Source: Candidatus Delongbacteria bacterium (lineage in GTDB: Bacteria; CAIWAD01). Taken from it: a stretch of DNA of 64,000 bases. Shown in pieces: positions 29,061 to 39,700 of this stretch. The notes under the pieces are model-generated. The model saw only the letters and a list, made by a program, of their open reading frames with translations. It was not told where the DNA came from and made no database searches. The stretch lies in contig OY760505.1 of NCBI GenBank assembly GCA_963663545.1, positions 1,824,001 through 1,888,000 on the forward strand, in the 5' to 3' direction. A program made the translations under genes and the position numbers. Numbering within the stretch: position 1 is the first letter of the stretch; each line of letters starts with the position of its first letter.

Positions 29061-31220
29061 CTATTCCCCTTGATCCACCGCGACAACACGATAGAAACCA
29101 CGCGAGGGCTCTGCGGGTACCGACAGGCTAACCTGTGTCTGATCAGTTTCCTGAAGTAACACGCCCGCCCCATCGGAAAACCAGGGATTGTCGCTGTAGT
29201 ACACGCGATAGCGAATCTGGCCCAACTCGCGAAGCTGCAAACCTGCCGAAGAAGTACCGTTGGCAACAGCATCCCAAAACAGAGTCACCACGCTGCCGTC
29301 CTCGGTAATGCAGCGAATGACCGGCGAGTCAGGTGTCACATTGTCTATGCTGACTGCGCCCAGATACTCAGAAACCCCCAGGTATCCGGGATGGTGCCAA
29401 CAGACCTGAAACATGGAATAGTCATTGTCGTACAAGGTCGGCACCACTAATCCATAGGTCTCCAAACCCCGGGCGGGCACCTGCTCTACAAAGGTCCAGA
29501 CCAGGCTACGGCTGTCGCGCACAAACAGCTCGCACTCCGGCGTAACACGCAAAATCGCGTCCGCTTGTTCAAGGGACTCACAGACCAAGCCACGCGCCCA
29601 CTGATCGTCATCCATGCGCCAGACGGAATAGAAGCACTCTGCGCCGCTGACCTGGTTCAGGTCCACGGAGGACGCCGACCAGCTCATGATCAGCGCATGG
29701 CCCTGGTCGTCGGGCACATCGGCTATGGTTTGTATCACCGGAACAGCCTGGTCGTAATACATGGCACCGATGTCCGCACGAGTCAGATCAGGATCTTGTC
29801 GAAGCGGGTGCCCTGCGTCAACAAGAATCGACCCTGGCTGAGGAACATAGTCACCGAGGAAAGGGCTGAAGCCGGGATCACCAAAAACGCAGTTGGTCCA
29901 GCTGTAGCTGTAGGCATTGTTAAAATCCCCGGGGTCACTCGAGGAGGCGCAGTATTGAAAAGAGAAATTGCCCATGGTTCCGACGGCGTTCAAGTCAGGA
30001 TTGTCCAGCGCGCACTGTCGGCACACCAGCGTTGACGACGGCCCCTGAAACACGGTGTCATAGCCGATGTTGTCCGCAATGGTGCAATCCGTCAAGGTGG
30101 GCGAGGTAAAGGAGGAAAACGAAAACAAGGCCGTGTTACCGGCACTCTGGTTCTCCACGATCAGACACTTCTCCAGATACAGCGTGAAGAAATCCGCACT
30201 TGTATATAGCGCCGCACCTGCATTTTCGCGTATCACACAATTCTTCAGAGTTGTTCCATTTGCCATGTAGTACACGCAGACCGGGCCGTTGTTATCGTGG
30301 AAATGCAAGCCCTCAATTACGGGCTGGTTGCTGTAAAGGAACAAGCCCGTGCCAGAAACATCAGAAATATCCAGCCATGCGATACGATCACTGCCCGAGA
30401 GATGCATACCCATCCAGTTGCCGCCATCGGCGGCATGTATCACGATAGGCGCTTCTTCTGTTCCCACGGCACGTAAGTATCCTCCGCCGATGAGCTGCCC
30501 CGGTGTGTCAAAGACGATTTCAACTCCGGCTTCGATCGTCAGCGAATCGTAGTCAATTGGCATGAAGTCACCGCCCCACAAATGCAGTGGAGAATCCCAG
30601 ACGGTGATATCGCTCGTTAGGATGTGTGAGATACCCTCGAGGCGGACAATGGGACGAACGCTGGCAAGGGACCCGTAATACATGCCACAAAAATCGCCGG
30701 TGCTGCTGCCACGCACAACCATCAATTGTCGACCTGTCGTGTAACACACGGCAATATCGAATAGACTTGAAGTGCCGCTGCTCTCCACGCAGACATCGAC
30801 CAGAATGCCAGAGCTCGAACTGTAAGCAAACCAGTTGGCGCCAAAGTTGAACTCCAACTCGCCATAGGGGACAAGGCTCGCGCAATCCACATCTCCGTCA
30901 AAGACGACGTCGAAGCCCGCCTGAGTAAAACTATTGCTGCTAATCTCGCTGTAATACACCGATTTCATGCTAATGGTGATATTGACACTGTAGTCCGGTA
31001 CTGTTGGTCCGAGATACATCGTCATACCGCTAATGGCACCCTCGGTGTAGAAGCCGCTGGTCAAGTCCTCAGGGCTAAGCAGAAATTGCACTCGCGAATC
31101 CGTGTAGTTTGTAACGATGACGGACTCGCTGTAGGCGTCCATCTCGCCAGTTGTTACCGCTGCGCGAGCCAGTCCCGACAGCAGCAACAGTAGTGATAAA
31201 CAAGCTTTCCAAGGATTCAT
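29061..31220 (-). CDS. Secreted protein with right-handed beta-helix region and FN3-like C-terminal domain
   Basis: Signal peptide MNPWKACLSLLLLLSGLARA; LTIEAGVEIVF..LRAVGTEEAPIV, NCVIREN/CTIADN repeats, DPDLTRADIGA, IADVPDDQG. Confidence 0.72.
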   Translation of the reverse strand: MNPWKACLSLLLLLSGLARAAVTTGEMDAYSESVIVTNYTDSRVQFLLSPEDLTSGFYTEGAISGMTMYLGPTVPDYSVNITISMKSVYYSEISSNSFTQAGFDVVFDGDVDCASLVPYGELEFNFGANWFAYSSSSGILVDVCVESSGTSSLFDIAVCYTTGRQLMVVRGSSTGDFCGMYYGSLASVRPIVRLEGISHILTSDITVWDSPLHLWGGDFMPIDYDSLTIEAGVEIVFDTPGQLIGGGYLRAVGTEEAPIVIHAADGGNWMGMHLSGSDRIAWLDISDVSGTGLFLYSNQPVIEGLHFHDNNGPVCVYYMANGTTLKNCVIRENAGAALYTSADFFTLYLEKCLIVENQSAGNTALFSFSSFTSPTLTDCTIADNIGYDTVFQGPSSTLVCRQCALDNPDLNAVGTMGNFSFQYCASSSDPGDFNNAYSYSWTNCVFGDPGFSPFLGDYVPQPGSILVDAGHPLRQDPDLTRADIGAMYYDQAVPVIQTIADVPDDQGHALIMSWSASSVDLNQVSGAECFYSVWRMDDDQWARGLVCESLEQADAILRVTPECELFVRDSRSLVWTFVEQVPARGLETYGLVVPTLYDNDYSMFQVCWHHPGYLGVSEYLGAVSIDNVTPDSPVIRCITEDGSVVTLFWDAVANGTSSAGLQLRELGQIRYRVYYSDNPWFSDGAGVLLQETDQTQVSLSVPAEPSRGFYRVVAVDQGE

Positions 31221-31418
31221 GCCAACCTCCCCGTTGTCTTCCCCGTCCTCTTCTCTTCTGCTTCCAGGGCAAAACCCACCCGGCCAATTCCTCTGGCTGG
31301 CCTGCATCTACTGAGTTTTCCTTTGGAGCAGGTTTGCGGCAACAATAGCTTTCTCATCCAAGGGGAAAAAGCACTCTCTTCGGCTTCCACCAAGTCAGTT
31401 CCACTACTGTCGGCAAGC

Positions 31419-31440
31419 AAAAGCCCCGCCGAAGCGGGGC
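31419..31440 (-). terminator. Terminator of dsbD; copy 2 of the 21-bp repeat
   Basis: AAAAGCCCCGCCGAAGCGGGG identical to 29020-29040. Confidence 0.75.
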
Positions 31441-31475
31441 CTATGTATCACGTCTGTCGTAGCGGTTTGCGAATA

Positions 31476-33332
31476 CTAGTGCACGGCTTTCAACATGGGC
31501 AGCACCTTCTGCGCTTCTCGAAAACCGACAAAGCGCTGTACTTCCTTGCCTTGACTATCCAAGAGCATCACCGTCGGCATCCCCACCACACTGTAGGTAT
31601 CGTTTTGAGCACGCGCCCACTCCGATTCACTCTGCGTCATGTCCATTTTGATGCGCACAAAACGCTCACCTTCCAGCATTACCGCGGGATCACTCCATGT
31701 CTTGTGATCCAACTCTTTGCACTGCGCACACCATTGTGCCCAGAAATCGACGATAACCGGCTTGCCATCGGAGCGCGCTTGCGCCAGCAACTCCTGATGA
31801 TTGTCCTGCGTTGGATCGCTGACCTGCCAACTCAATTCCTGATGTATCACGTCCTGTGTGCCGCCAGCCACGAGAGCGGCGCCAGGAACAGCAAAGCCCC
31901 AGAGGAGCACGCGCACCGCCAGAATCAGCGCGACAACGCCAATCGCCTTGTAGAATTTGTCTGTGCCGGAAGCCTCGTCACCAAGCGGAGTGAAAGCGCC
32001 GGTCCACACAGCGAAAAAGACCAAGCCGATGCCCGTGATCCAAACGAGCGCGCTCTCGGGCAGGAATCCCCGCAAGAAGTAAACGGCCATGGCTACCATG
32101 ACCACACCGAAGAACTTCTTAACAGTTTCCATCCACGAACCGGCCCCAGGCAACGCATTGAGCGCACCGGCGAAGGTACCGATGACCAGGAAAAGCAGGC
32201 CCATGCCCAACGCGTAGCTCAGCATCAGGAAGAAGCCCAGCAGCGCATTTCCCGTGCTTGCAATAAAGACCAGTAGCACAGCAATGATCGGACCGACGCA
32301 CGGCGCGGCAATGAAGCCTGTAACCGCGCCCATGACGATGGCGCCCAACGGGCTGCTGCGGTCGCCGGACTGCATCTTGGCCGAGAGCGCCGAAGGCATC
32401 TGGATTTCGAAAGCGCCAAACATGCTGGCAGCCAGTACCAGGAAGATGCCGGCAATTACCGCTTGCATCACGGGCGACTGCCCAACCGCGCCAAAGCTTC
32501 CGCCACCCAACGCGGCCACAACGCCCAGAATGCTGTAAACCAGCGCCATGCCAAGCACGAAGTACACCGACTGAATGAAGCCATGGAGCTTGCCCTTGCT
32601 GCGCGCGCCGATGAAGCTGATTGTAATGGGGATCATCGGGTACACGCAGGGCGTCATGCTGGATAGCAGCCCGCCGAGAAAGACCAGCACAAAGGCCAAC
32701 CAACTCCCCTTTGCCAGCGCCCGCTGCAAACGGCTCTCTAGCGAGGTGTCGGTGTCAGCGGCATCGTGTGTCACGCTACTCTCGCCGAAAATCTCACCGT
32801 GTTGAGGATGCATCTCTGCCGCGCTTTCAGCCGCCTCTATCGTGATGCTGCGCGTGTGATCCACGGGCATGTAACACTGGCCATCCAGCTCGCTGCAGGT
32901 TTGATGACCGAAGTAGAGGTTCCACTCCTCGCCCGCAGCCGCTTTGTCCGTGAAGAACACGGGCGCACGCAGGACGACATCCCCCCGGTACACCATTTCC
33001 TGCTCACCGGCAACGCTTTCTGCATGTCCCTGCGGATAGTGCGGAGGACCCAGGCGCAGTCCATCCAGCGTGTCAGCCTCTAGATAGAACATGCCGTACT
33101 TCTGGTCCGTGATGTGATACCCTTGTGGCACGTGATACACCACAGCCAATTCGGCATCGGCACCCGGTGCAATGCGATCGTGGGAAAGGAAGACCTCGAC
33201 GGCGACATCCTTGAAGGGATCGAATGTGCTTCCTGAACCGGCAGGGCCAGCATTCAAGCGGCCAAGGCCCATAAGCAGCAACACGGCAAGAGAACACGCG
33301 ATCCAGAGTCGTGACGGGCGCAACTGAAGCAT
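31476..33332 (-). CDS. dsbD: Thiol:disulfide interchange protein DsbD
   Basis: N-domain QTCSELDGQCYMP, TM TPCVYPMIP and AAPCVGP, C-terminal thioredoxin DFWAQWCAQCK. Confidence 0.92.
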   Translation of the reverse strand: MLQLRPSRLWIACSLAVLLLMGLGRLNAGPAGSGSTFDPFKDVAVEVFLSHDRIAPGADAELAVVYHVPQGYHITDQKYGMFYLEADTLDGLRLGPPHYPQGHAESVAGEQEMVYRGDVVLRAPVFFTDKAAAGEEWNLYFGHQTCSELDGQCYMPVDHTRSITIEAAESAAEMHPQHGEIFGESSVTHDAADTDTSLESRLQRALAKGSWLAFVLVFLGGLLSSMTPCVYPMIPITISFIGARSKGKLHGFIQSVYFVLGMALVYSILGVVAALGGGSFGAVGQSPVMQAVIAGIFLVLAASMFGAFEIQMPSALSAKMQSGDRSSPLGAIVMGAVTGFIAAPCVGPIIAVLLVFIASTGNALLGFFLMLSYALGMGLLFLVIGTFAGALNALPGAGSWMETVKKFFGVVMVAMAVYFLRGFLPESALVWITGIGLVFFAVWTGAFTPLGDEASGTDKFYKAIGVVALILAVRVLLWGFAVPGAALVAGGTQDVIHQELSWQVSDPTQDNHQELLAQARSDGKPVIVDFWAQWCAQCKELDHKTWSDPAVMLEGERFVRIKMDMTQSESEWARAQNDTYSVVGMPTVMLLDSQGKEVQRFVGFREAQKVLPMLKAVH

Positions 33333-33544
33333 GGGGGGCTCCTTACACTCTTTCAATATCCACATGAGAAGGTGGCACGCCACGTTCACTGGGACAAGCC
33401 AAGCACCTTTTCAGAATCGTTTTTCATGCCGACTCAATATTCGCCTCTCTAGCACCGATGGGATGTTTAGTATCAGATCAATTCGCATGTTGCGCAGGAG
33501 GCTGTCGTCGCCACCAGAACAAGTGAAGCCGGAGTCCGCTTGTC

Positions 33545-36136
33545 ATGCTGAACCCGCATAGAACCTGGCTAATATTGACTTTGCTGCTGTTGCTGCTGAC
33601 TGAATCCTGCAATACAGGTGATACGCTTGATACGAGCGCACCAGGTCTGCGCTATCAACTGGAGCAGGTTCAATCTGCAGCGCCTGTGCCCGGTGTGGTT
33701 CGCCGCTGTTTTTTCTTTGACAGCGCCTATGCCGATGGCAGTACCGTTGAAGTTCACCTAAGTCGTGACACGCGTCCAGAAGGCGTGCATTCGCTTCAGT
33801 TCTGGCACACCAATCGTAGTGAATTGGGCAATGCGCTTAATCTGGTCAGCGTGGCGCCAACGGATCTATTGGGCTTCCACCGGCCGGGCGAGTCGCTCTC
33901 TTTCTTTGTAACACTGATCGGAGACAGCCAGACAGTAATTGATCGCTTTCTTCCCTACGATATCCCGGATAGCGGCGATCGCGTTTGGGTGCCCGAGTCT
34001 GATATGGAAGAGCGTGCCCCCGGGTTTGTATCACGACTGATCGACAGCCCAAACGGCGCCTCACCGGTAATCTCCTTGCTGGCTGTCAGTGACAGTCTGC
34101 ATAGCTCTCCGGGTCTGGAAATTCTCTTCACCGTGTCACACTCCAACCCACGAGACTACAATGCCACAAGCTACACCTTGGTGATGTTCTCCTGGGACAG
34201 GCGAGAGACTCTCTGGGAACGTGCAATCATCAACGGCCCGCAGCAGGTTTTACTGCGTGATACCAATTCCGATGGTTCCCTGGATCTTCTGAGCATCTGC
34301 GGCGCCACGTTCAACGGTCGTGTCGTTGGCACACAGGATGACCTTCACGGATGGTTGAATCTGATTGACGGGGCCACGGGCAAGGACCTGGTCCCTCCCC
34401 GCGATCTGGGCATGCTCTACGGGCGCAACGCCTTCATGTATCCCTTGGATGGCGAACACCTGCTGTCCTCATATGCGGGCGAATCAATGCACAAGGACAT
34501 CCTGCTCCGGCGCTGGTCCCTTGATGGTATTATCCCATTGGACAGCCTATCGCTTCCCTTGAAACCGTTGGCCTGTCTGTCCGGAAGCGGCAGCCGTGGT
34601 GAACGCGTCTTCTATTTCTGGTCTGCCGACGGCGAAATGGCCGTAATGGACCAGTGGGGAAAAGCCGCTACGCTGCTACATCCCGACCGCAAACTGATGC
34701 CGCTGGGCATCGAAGACTATCTTCCGCAGCTGCCTGGTGACGAACTATTGCTGCAGGCGGGAGACAGCGATCTGCTCATGCTAGGTGCCGACCTAAAGGC
34801 ACTGGCCGTGTTACAGTCGAGTATTCCTCTCACGCCACTACGAACCGCAGGACGTGTGATCGGAATGCAGCAACAGGGTCAAAGCTGGGAAAGCGACGCT
34901 ATTGGTCGACAATGGCTCACCGGTACAAATGGCGGCTATCTCACCATTCGTATCACGCCCGACAAACTCTATCTGTTCAAACAGGTTTTGTTCTTCATTT
35001 TACCGCTAGCCATTCTTGTGTTGCTGCTTCTGCTCGTCCGTGGTACTCTGGTTGTGCTTTTTCAGCGCAGCGTGTTACGCAGTTTGTTCAAGCGCAGTCA
35101 GGCACCGGTACTTGTACTCAAGGGAGCGCACGCCCATTCCTGGAACCCCAGCTTGGAAGATCTGCTGGCGGGACAGCACACGCCACCCACATGGCGCAAG
35201 GGGCCGCCACTTTCCTCATTGCTGCACGGGAGCCCTCTTGAGCTACACGGTGATACACTTCAACAACTGGTCAGCGCGCGATCACAGGAAGAAGAACCTG
35301 TGGCTGATATTGTTGTGCAACACGGCGGGCGTATGTTGCAGTATGTAGTGCGTGCACGACCACTACAGGGCATGACCGGCCGACGCACAGGAACGATCCT
35401 GTATTTCGACAATCTAAGCGACCTGCTGGACCGCCGCCAGAAGCGCGCATGGTCGCTGATTGCACATTCCTATGCCCATACTATCAAGTCGCCCTTGCAA
35501 GCAATAAGGCTGAACGCTGAGCAGATTGCACGCGCGCTTATGGATCCTTCCACGGCCAACTTCCCCGTTTTGCTTGAGCGCGTTCAAAACCTGCTGGCAG
35601 ACAGTGCCGACATCCAGGAGGTTGTAACACGCTTCCTGACACTTTCTGATGACCGTGTGACGCGTCACCGGACCGATCCAGGTGCAATGCTCAGGCGCTT
35701 TGCCAAACACTACCAGCGCCGTCTTCCCGAAGCGATTCGCTTCCTGTTCGACCACGAGGACATCTTGCCCGAAGTGGATGTTGACGAGTATCAGATGCTG
35801 GTTGCGCTGGTTCACCTCTGGGACAATGCTGTTCAAGCCCAACCCGAAGGTGGCGTGATACACACGCGCTTGAGCACCGATGGACAGAGTCTGCTGATCA
35901 CCGTCGAGGACAATGGTCCCGGCTTCTCTCTTGACGTACTTCGCAACGCCTTTGAGCCTTACTACAGCGGCAAGACCGGTGGACACGGTCTTGGCCTGGC
36001 GCATGTAAAGCACATCCTCGGCCTACATGAGGGCAGTGTACAGGCGCGCAATTGCACAGAAGGCGGCGCGAGTATCACATTGCAAATCCCAGTACCCCAG
36101 ATGGAGGACAGGAAACGTGATTCGTCACCAACTTGA
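33545..36136 (+). CDS. Membrane sensor histidine kinase with large extracytoplasmic domain
   Basis: Signal peptide, TM near aa 480-505, H-box AHTIKSPL, N-box LWDNAVQA, VEDNGPG, FEPYYSGK, GHGLGL. Confidence 0.9.
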   Translation: MLNPHRTWLILTLLLLLLTESCNTGDTLDTSAPGLRYQLEQVQSAAPVPGVVRRCFFFDSAYADGSTVEVHLSRDTRPEGVHSLQFWHTNRSELGNALNLVSVAPTDLLGFHRPGESLSFFVTLIGDSQTVIDRFLPYDIPDSGDRVWVPESDMEERAPGFVSRLIDSPNGASPVISLLAVSDSLHSSPGLEILFTVSHSNPRDYNATSYTLVMFSWDRRETLWERAIINGPQQVLLRDTNSDGSLDLLSICGATFNGRVVGTQDDLHGWLNLIDGATGKDLVPPRDLGMLYGRNAFMYPLDGEHLLSSYAGESMHKDILLRRWSLDGIIPLDSLSLPLKPLACLSGSGSRGERVFYFWSADGEMAVMDQWGKAATLLHPDRKLMPLGIEDYLPQLPGDELLLQAGDSDLLMLGADLKALAVLQSSIPLTPLRTAGRVIGMQQQGQSWESDAIGRQWLTGTNGGYLTIRITPDKLYLFKQVLFFILPLAILVLLLLLVRGTLVVLFQRSVLRSLFKRSQAPVLVLKGAHAHSWNPSLEDLLAGQHTPPTWRKGPPLSSLLHGSPLELHGDTLQQLVSARSQEEEPVADIVVQHGGRMLQYVVRARPLQGMTGRRTGTILYFDNLSDLLDRRQKRAWSLIAHSYAHTIKSPLQAIRLNAEQIARALMDPSTANFPVLLERVQNLLADSADIQEVVTRFLTLSDDRVTRHRTDPGAMLRRFAKHYQRRLPEAIRFLFDHEDILPEVDVDEYQMLVALVHLWDNAVQAQPEGGVIHTRLSTDGQSLLITVEDNGPGFSLDVLRNAFEPYYSGKTGGHGLGLAHVKHILGLHEGSVQARNCTEGGASITLQIPVPQMEDRKRDSSPT

Positions 36137-36641
36137 TCCACTGGACCTGCGTGTCCGTGCAGTACACTTATGGCAAAAACGCTGGCTGCTTCTAACCGCT
36201 GGCGATTTTACCACCGGCCACTTCAATACCATGACCGTTGCCTGGGGCAGTATCGGCTGCATGTGGAATCTGCCCATGGTGCACGTTGTTGTACGCCCAA
36301 ACCGCTATACACGCGAGTTTGTCGAGCGCCATGACAACTTCACGCTGACGGCATTTCCGCCTGATCTCAGGCAAGCGCTGTCTCACCTGGGTACGCACAG
36401 TGGCCGCGATGGCGACAAAATTAAGGCCGCCGGTCTCACGCCACAGGCTTCCCGGCTGGTGAGCGCGCCCGTGTTCGCCGAGGCCGAGCTTTGCTTTGAG
36501 TGCCGCAAGATATTTGCAGCCGACATGCAGGCGGAACACTTTCTGGATGAACGCATCGCACCCTTGTATCCAGATCAGGATTACCATCGCGTGTACTTCG
36601 GAGAGATTGTGGGTCTGTACGGTAGCAAAGAATGGTCCTGA
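36117..36641 (+). CDS. Flavin reductase-like protein
   Basis: FNTMTVAWGSIG, VRPNRYT, LGTHSGRDGDKI, DYHRVYFGEI; GTG start after GGAGG. Confidence 0.88.
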   Translation: MIRHQLDPLDLRVRAVHLWQKRWLLLTAGDFTTGHFNTMTVAWGSIGCMWNLPMVHVVVRPNRYTREFVERHDNFTLTAFPPDLRQALSHLGTHSGRDGDKIKAAGLTPQASRLVSAPVFAEAELCFECRKIFAADMQAEHFLDERIAPLYPDQDYHRVYFGEIVGLYGSKEWS

Positions 36642-36671
36642 GCTGATTGGCGTCGTCCAGGAAATCGTGAT

Positions 36672-36728
36672 ACAAACGCCGGGGGCCGATTGCTGCGACA
36701 ACACGCAATCTGCCCCCGGTTTGTTTTT
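36672..36728. terminator. Long hairpin between convergent genes
   Basis: ACAAAC.CCGGGGGC ... GCCCCCGGTTTGT inverted repeat with T-run. Confidence 0.65.
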
Positions 36729-36743
36729 AGTCGAGCTACAAGC

Positions 36744-39700
36744 CTAGTTGAGCTGGCCTTTCATTCGGTCCTCTTGAGAAAGGCCACCGCTGGTAATAGA
36801 CTCGTCATCGCGAAGCTCTTCTGTGCTGCTTAACACTTGATAGAACTGTCGTGTCACAGTAATTGGAAGCAAGTAATAGCTCTGCGCCGTCTTCGCCACT
36901 AGCGTTTCAGCGTTCGCGTTAAAACGGCAGTCTGCAGACGCATGTATCTGATAGCTATTCGCACCCGCCACCGGAGCCCAGTACAGCGCAACTTCATCAT
37001 CCACAGTAGTGAGGACATGTAATGTGACCGGACTGGGTTGTGTCACACCGGCAAGGGAATACCTGTGACAAGCATAATCCACAACCCTTGCCGTACCATC
37101 GAATTCGTCATTCACAACCGAGTTGTCCTCTGGATCGCGTATCACGCGTGTTTCCAGGCGATTGTGTCCATCATACTCGTGCCACCAACGATTACTCTGC
37201 CCGGGCTGGTCGATCGGGTCATCCAGCGACCAGGCCCACGCACGCACAAGCAATTCAGCACCCTCACCAAGTGAAGTAACACGCAGCTCGGGGAGCACTA
37301 CTTCTTCGCCCGGCTCCAGGCGTGTCTCGTAAAGTTCAATGAAATCGGCATAGCGGGCATCAGGCACCTCGTACACATTGTCGCCCACAATCTGATAGGC
37401 GGCGTAGTCGTCGAAATCACCAATTATTGGCACGGCATCATAGAAGAATCCCTGTGTCACACGCACATGCAGACCTGCTGCCCCGGGTCGTGCTCGCGAC
37501 GCCTCCATACCGGTATTCTCGAGTCCGAGTTCGATCCAGTTAAGACCATTCTGGGCGTTCAGTGTTGTTAGGTGTACTTCCGGTTCAACGGTTGGTGACA
37601 CGCCGTCTTCAAGGGCATCCAGCATTGCATCCGTTGTCGTGTTGAACGCAAACAGGCTGACACCAAGCATGTTCCGACCACCACCACTCCAGGCTGCTGC
37701 ACGATAGGCCAGGGCCCCTTCTCCGCCCACTTCATCGACACAGACGCGCCCGCCCGCTGGCACAATGTAGGCGCCCAGATCTGTATCACTGCTGCAAGTG
37801 TAGATCGAAATATTGTCTCCAGAGTAGACAGTGGGAAGGGAAGGCGACGTCCATGTATTCATGCTTTCGCTCTGCAGGGTCATACCACTGCTGATGATCA
37901 TCTCCTGGGAGAGGTTCGGCCAATGGTTGACACACGTGCCGGAGGCATCGTAGATCTTGTAGTAGCTATAAGTGGGAATCCCGACGTAATACGGCAGCCC
38001 CTTGCTCTCGAAGACCGCAGAACGTGCCATGATCCAACCAGGATCCGTTACCTCGAAGTTGTCACCGTATGTATTGGCCCAGCCATAGTCGTAACACATG
38101 GGTACGATAAAATCGACGTGCTCCACCATTTCGTCATAGCCGCTCGCATCGATCATCCAGTTCTGTGGGCTTAGCGAGATCAGGTACTGTGATCCAAATT
38201 CTTCGAAGACCGCGTCCAGCAACACGGTGTAGGTTTCAACATCAATTCCCTCTGCGTCTAGGTCGATGCCAGCAAGCATGGGAAAGCGATAGCCGTCATC
38301 GTAGAGTGTTTCATCCAGACCAGCGATGACATCGGCGAGAGCCGTCTCTGTATCACTTTCTAGATAGTTGATGAAGTCCTCGCCGAAACTGTAGGTCGCG
38401 TGCACTTGCTGCTGATCCAAGGGATCAAATTCGGTCTCGTCAAATCCAAAGTCGACAAAATGGTTGTCGTAATTCATCCGGAAGTGTCCCACACGCAGGA
38501 AGACAACTTCAATGTCGCCAGCATTCAAGCGATCTGCAGCATCCTCAGGAACATATTCCTGCCAGAGCCATGCGGCATCGCCTACCACCAGCGCTTCTAC
38601 ATCGCGACCAACAACGTAGTTGGCGTGCGTGCTTTCCACGCTGTTCGGACTGGTAACGACAACCCATGCGGAGTGTGTACCGTACTGCTCGGTCGGCATC
38701 CCGTTGTATGGACCGATGGAGGCGCTGCCATTGGTCATTGTCGTTGTGTAGGTCGACAGATCGTGTGTCACGTAGCCATCGGGTGTTGTGTAACACCAGT
38801 GATACGAAATCGTGCCGTCGCCAACACCGTTAAGTACTCCGGAAGCGAACAGCGTAGTGCCCTGTGCCGGAGAGTTGTCGGGACTAAAACTCAGGCTTCC
38901 CCCGTCGACGCGGAAGGTCGGTGCTACCTCAAAGAAGGCGATGAAGCCCGTATTGTCTGTGGCCTGATAGTCGCTGTTGATCAGGCTTGTCACCTGCGCA
39001 CTGATGTAATAGCGCCCATCTCCGTCCGTGGGAAGGGTCCAGTCAAAACCGAAGTAGGCTCGTCCTCCCGGTGATACACTCAGAGGCCCATGCGTGGTAC
39101 TCGTGTGCAAGTAGCTGCTCTCCAGATCGTCATCGATGCGAATGCGCGTCTTGCAGGACATGGTTGTGCTGCCCGGATTGTAGACCGTCAGGTCGATATG
39201 CACCGTCTCACCCGGAGCGTAGTTCAGATTCTCGGGCAACAGACCCTCGCAGTAGGGCGTCGATCGTTCGATCTCGAGAATGCCGCAGGTGTTGGGAGGA
39301 ACGACTTCAAAATCCGTGTTGCCCCAAAAGGCGCGCGTGCCCCACAACTCTGTCTCACGGTCGTCGTAGGCCTCAAAGATCATTGGATAGAAGTCACCGG
39401 CATCCACGTTTGACCAGGTTGCGATTCCGCTGCTATTGGTCCCATCCTGGTCCAGATATTGATAGTCACTGTCATAGCGTGCTACATCTATACCCGTTCC
39501 CATGTGACTGCCGCCGTCGTCTAAAACCGTCAGATCCACGTCGGCGACGTTGGCCACATTCAAGAGCACGTCATCCTCGGTGTGACGCAAATCAGAATCG
39601 TATCCGACAGCGGCCACACTATGAGCACCATTACTAATGGTTTCTGTGTCCCAGGTCCACGTACTGGCTGGAGTAGCATCGTCCGGTGAGCTGTCAGTGT

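Noticed and set aside
29020..31439. Integrative element bounded by att sites
   Set aside because: No integrase or transposase; the repeats are adequately explained as terminators and are kept only as a low-interest finding.
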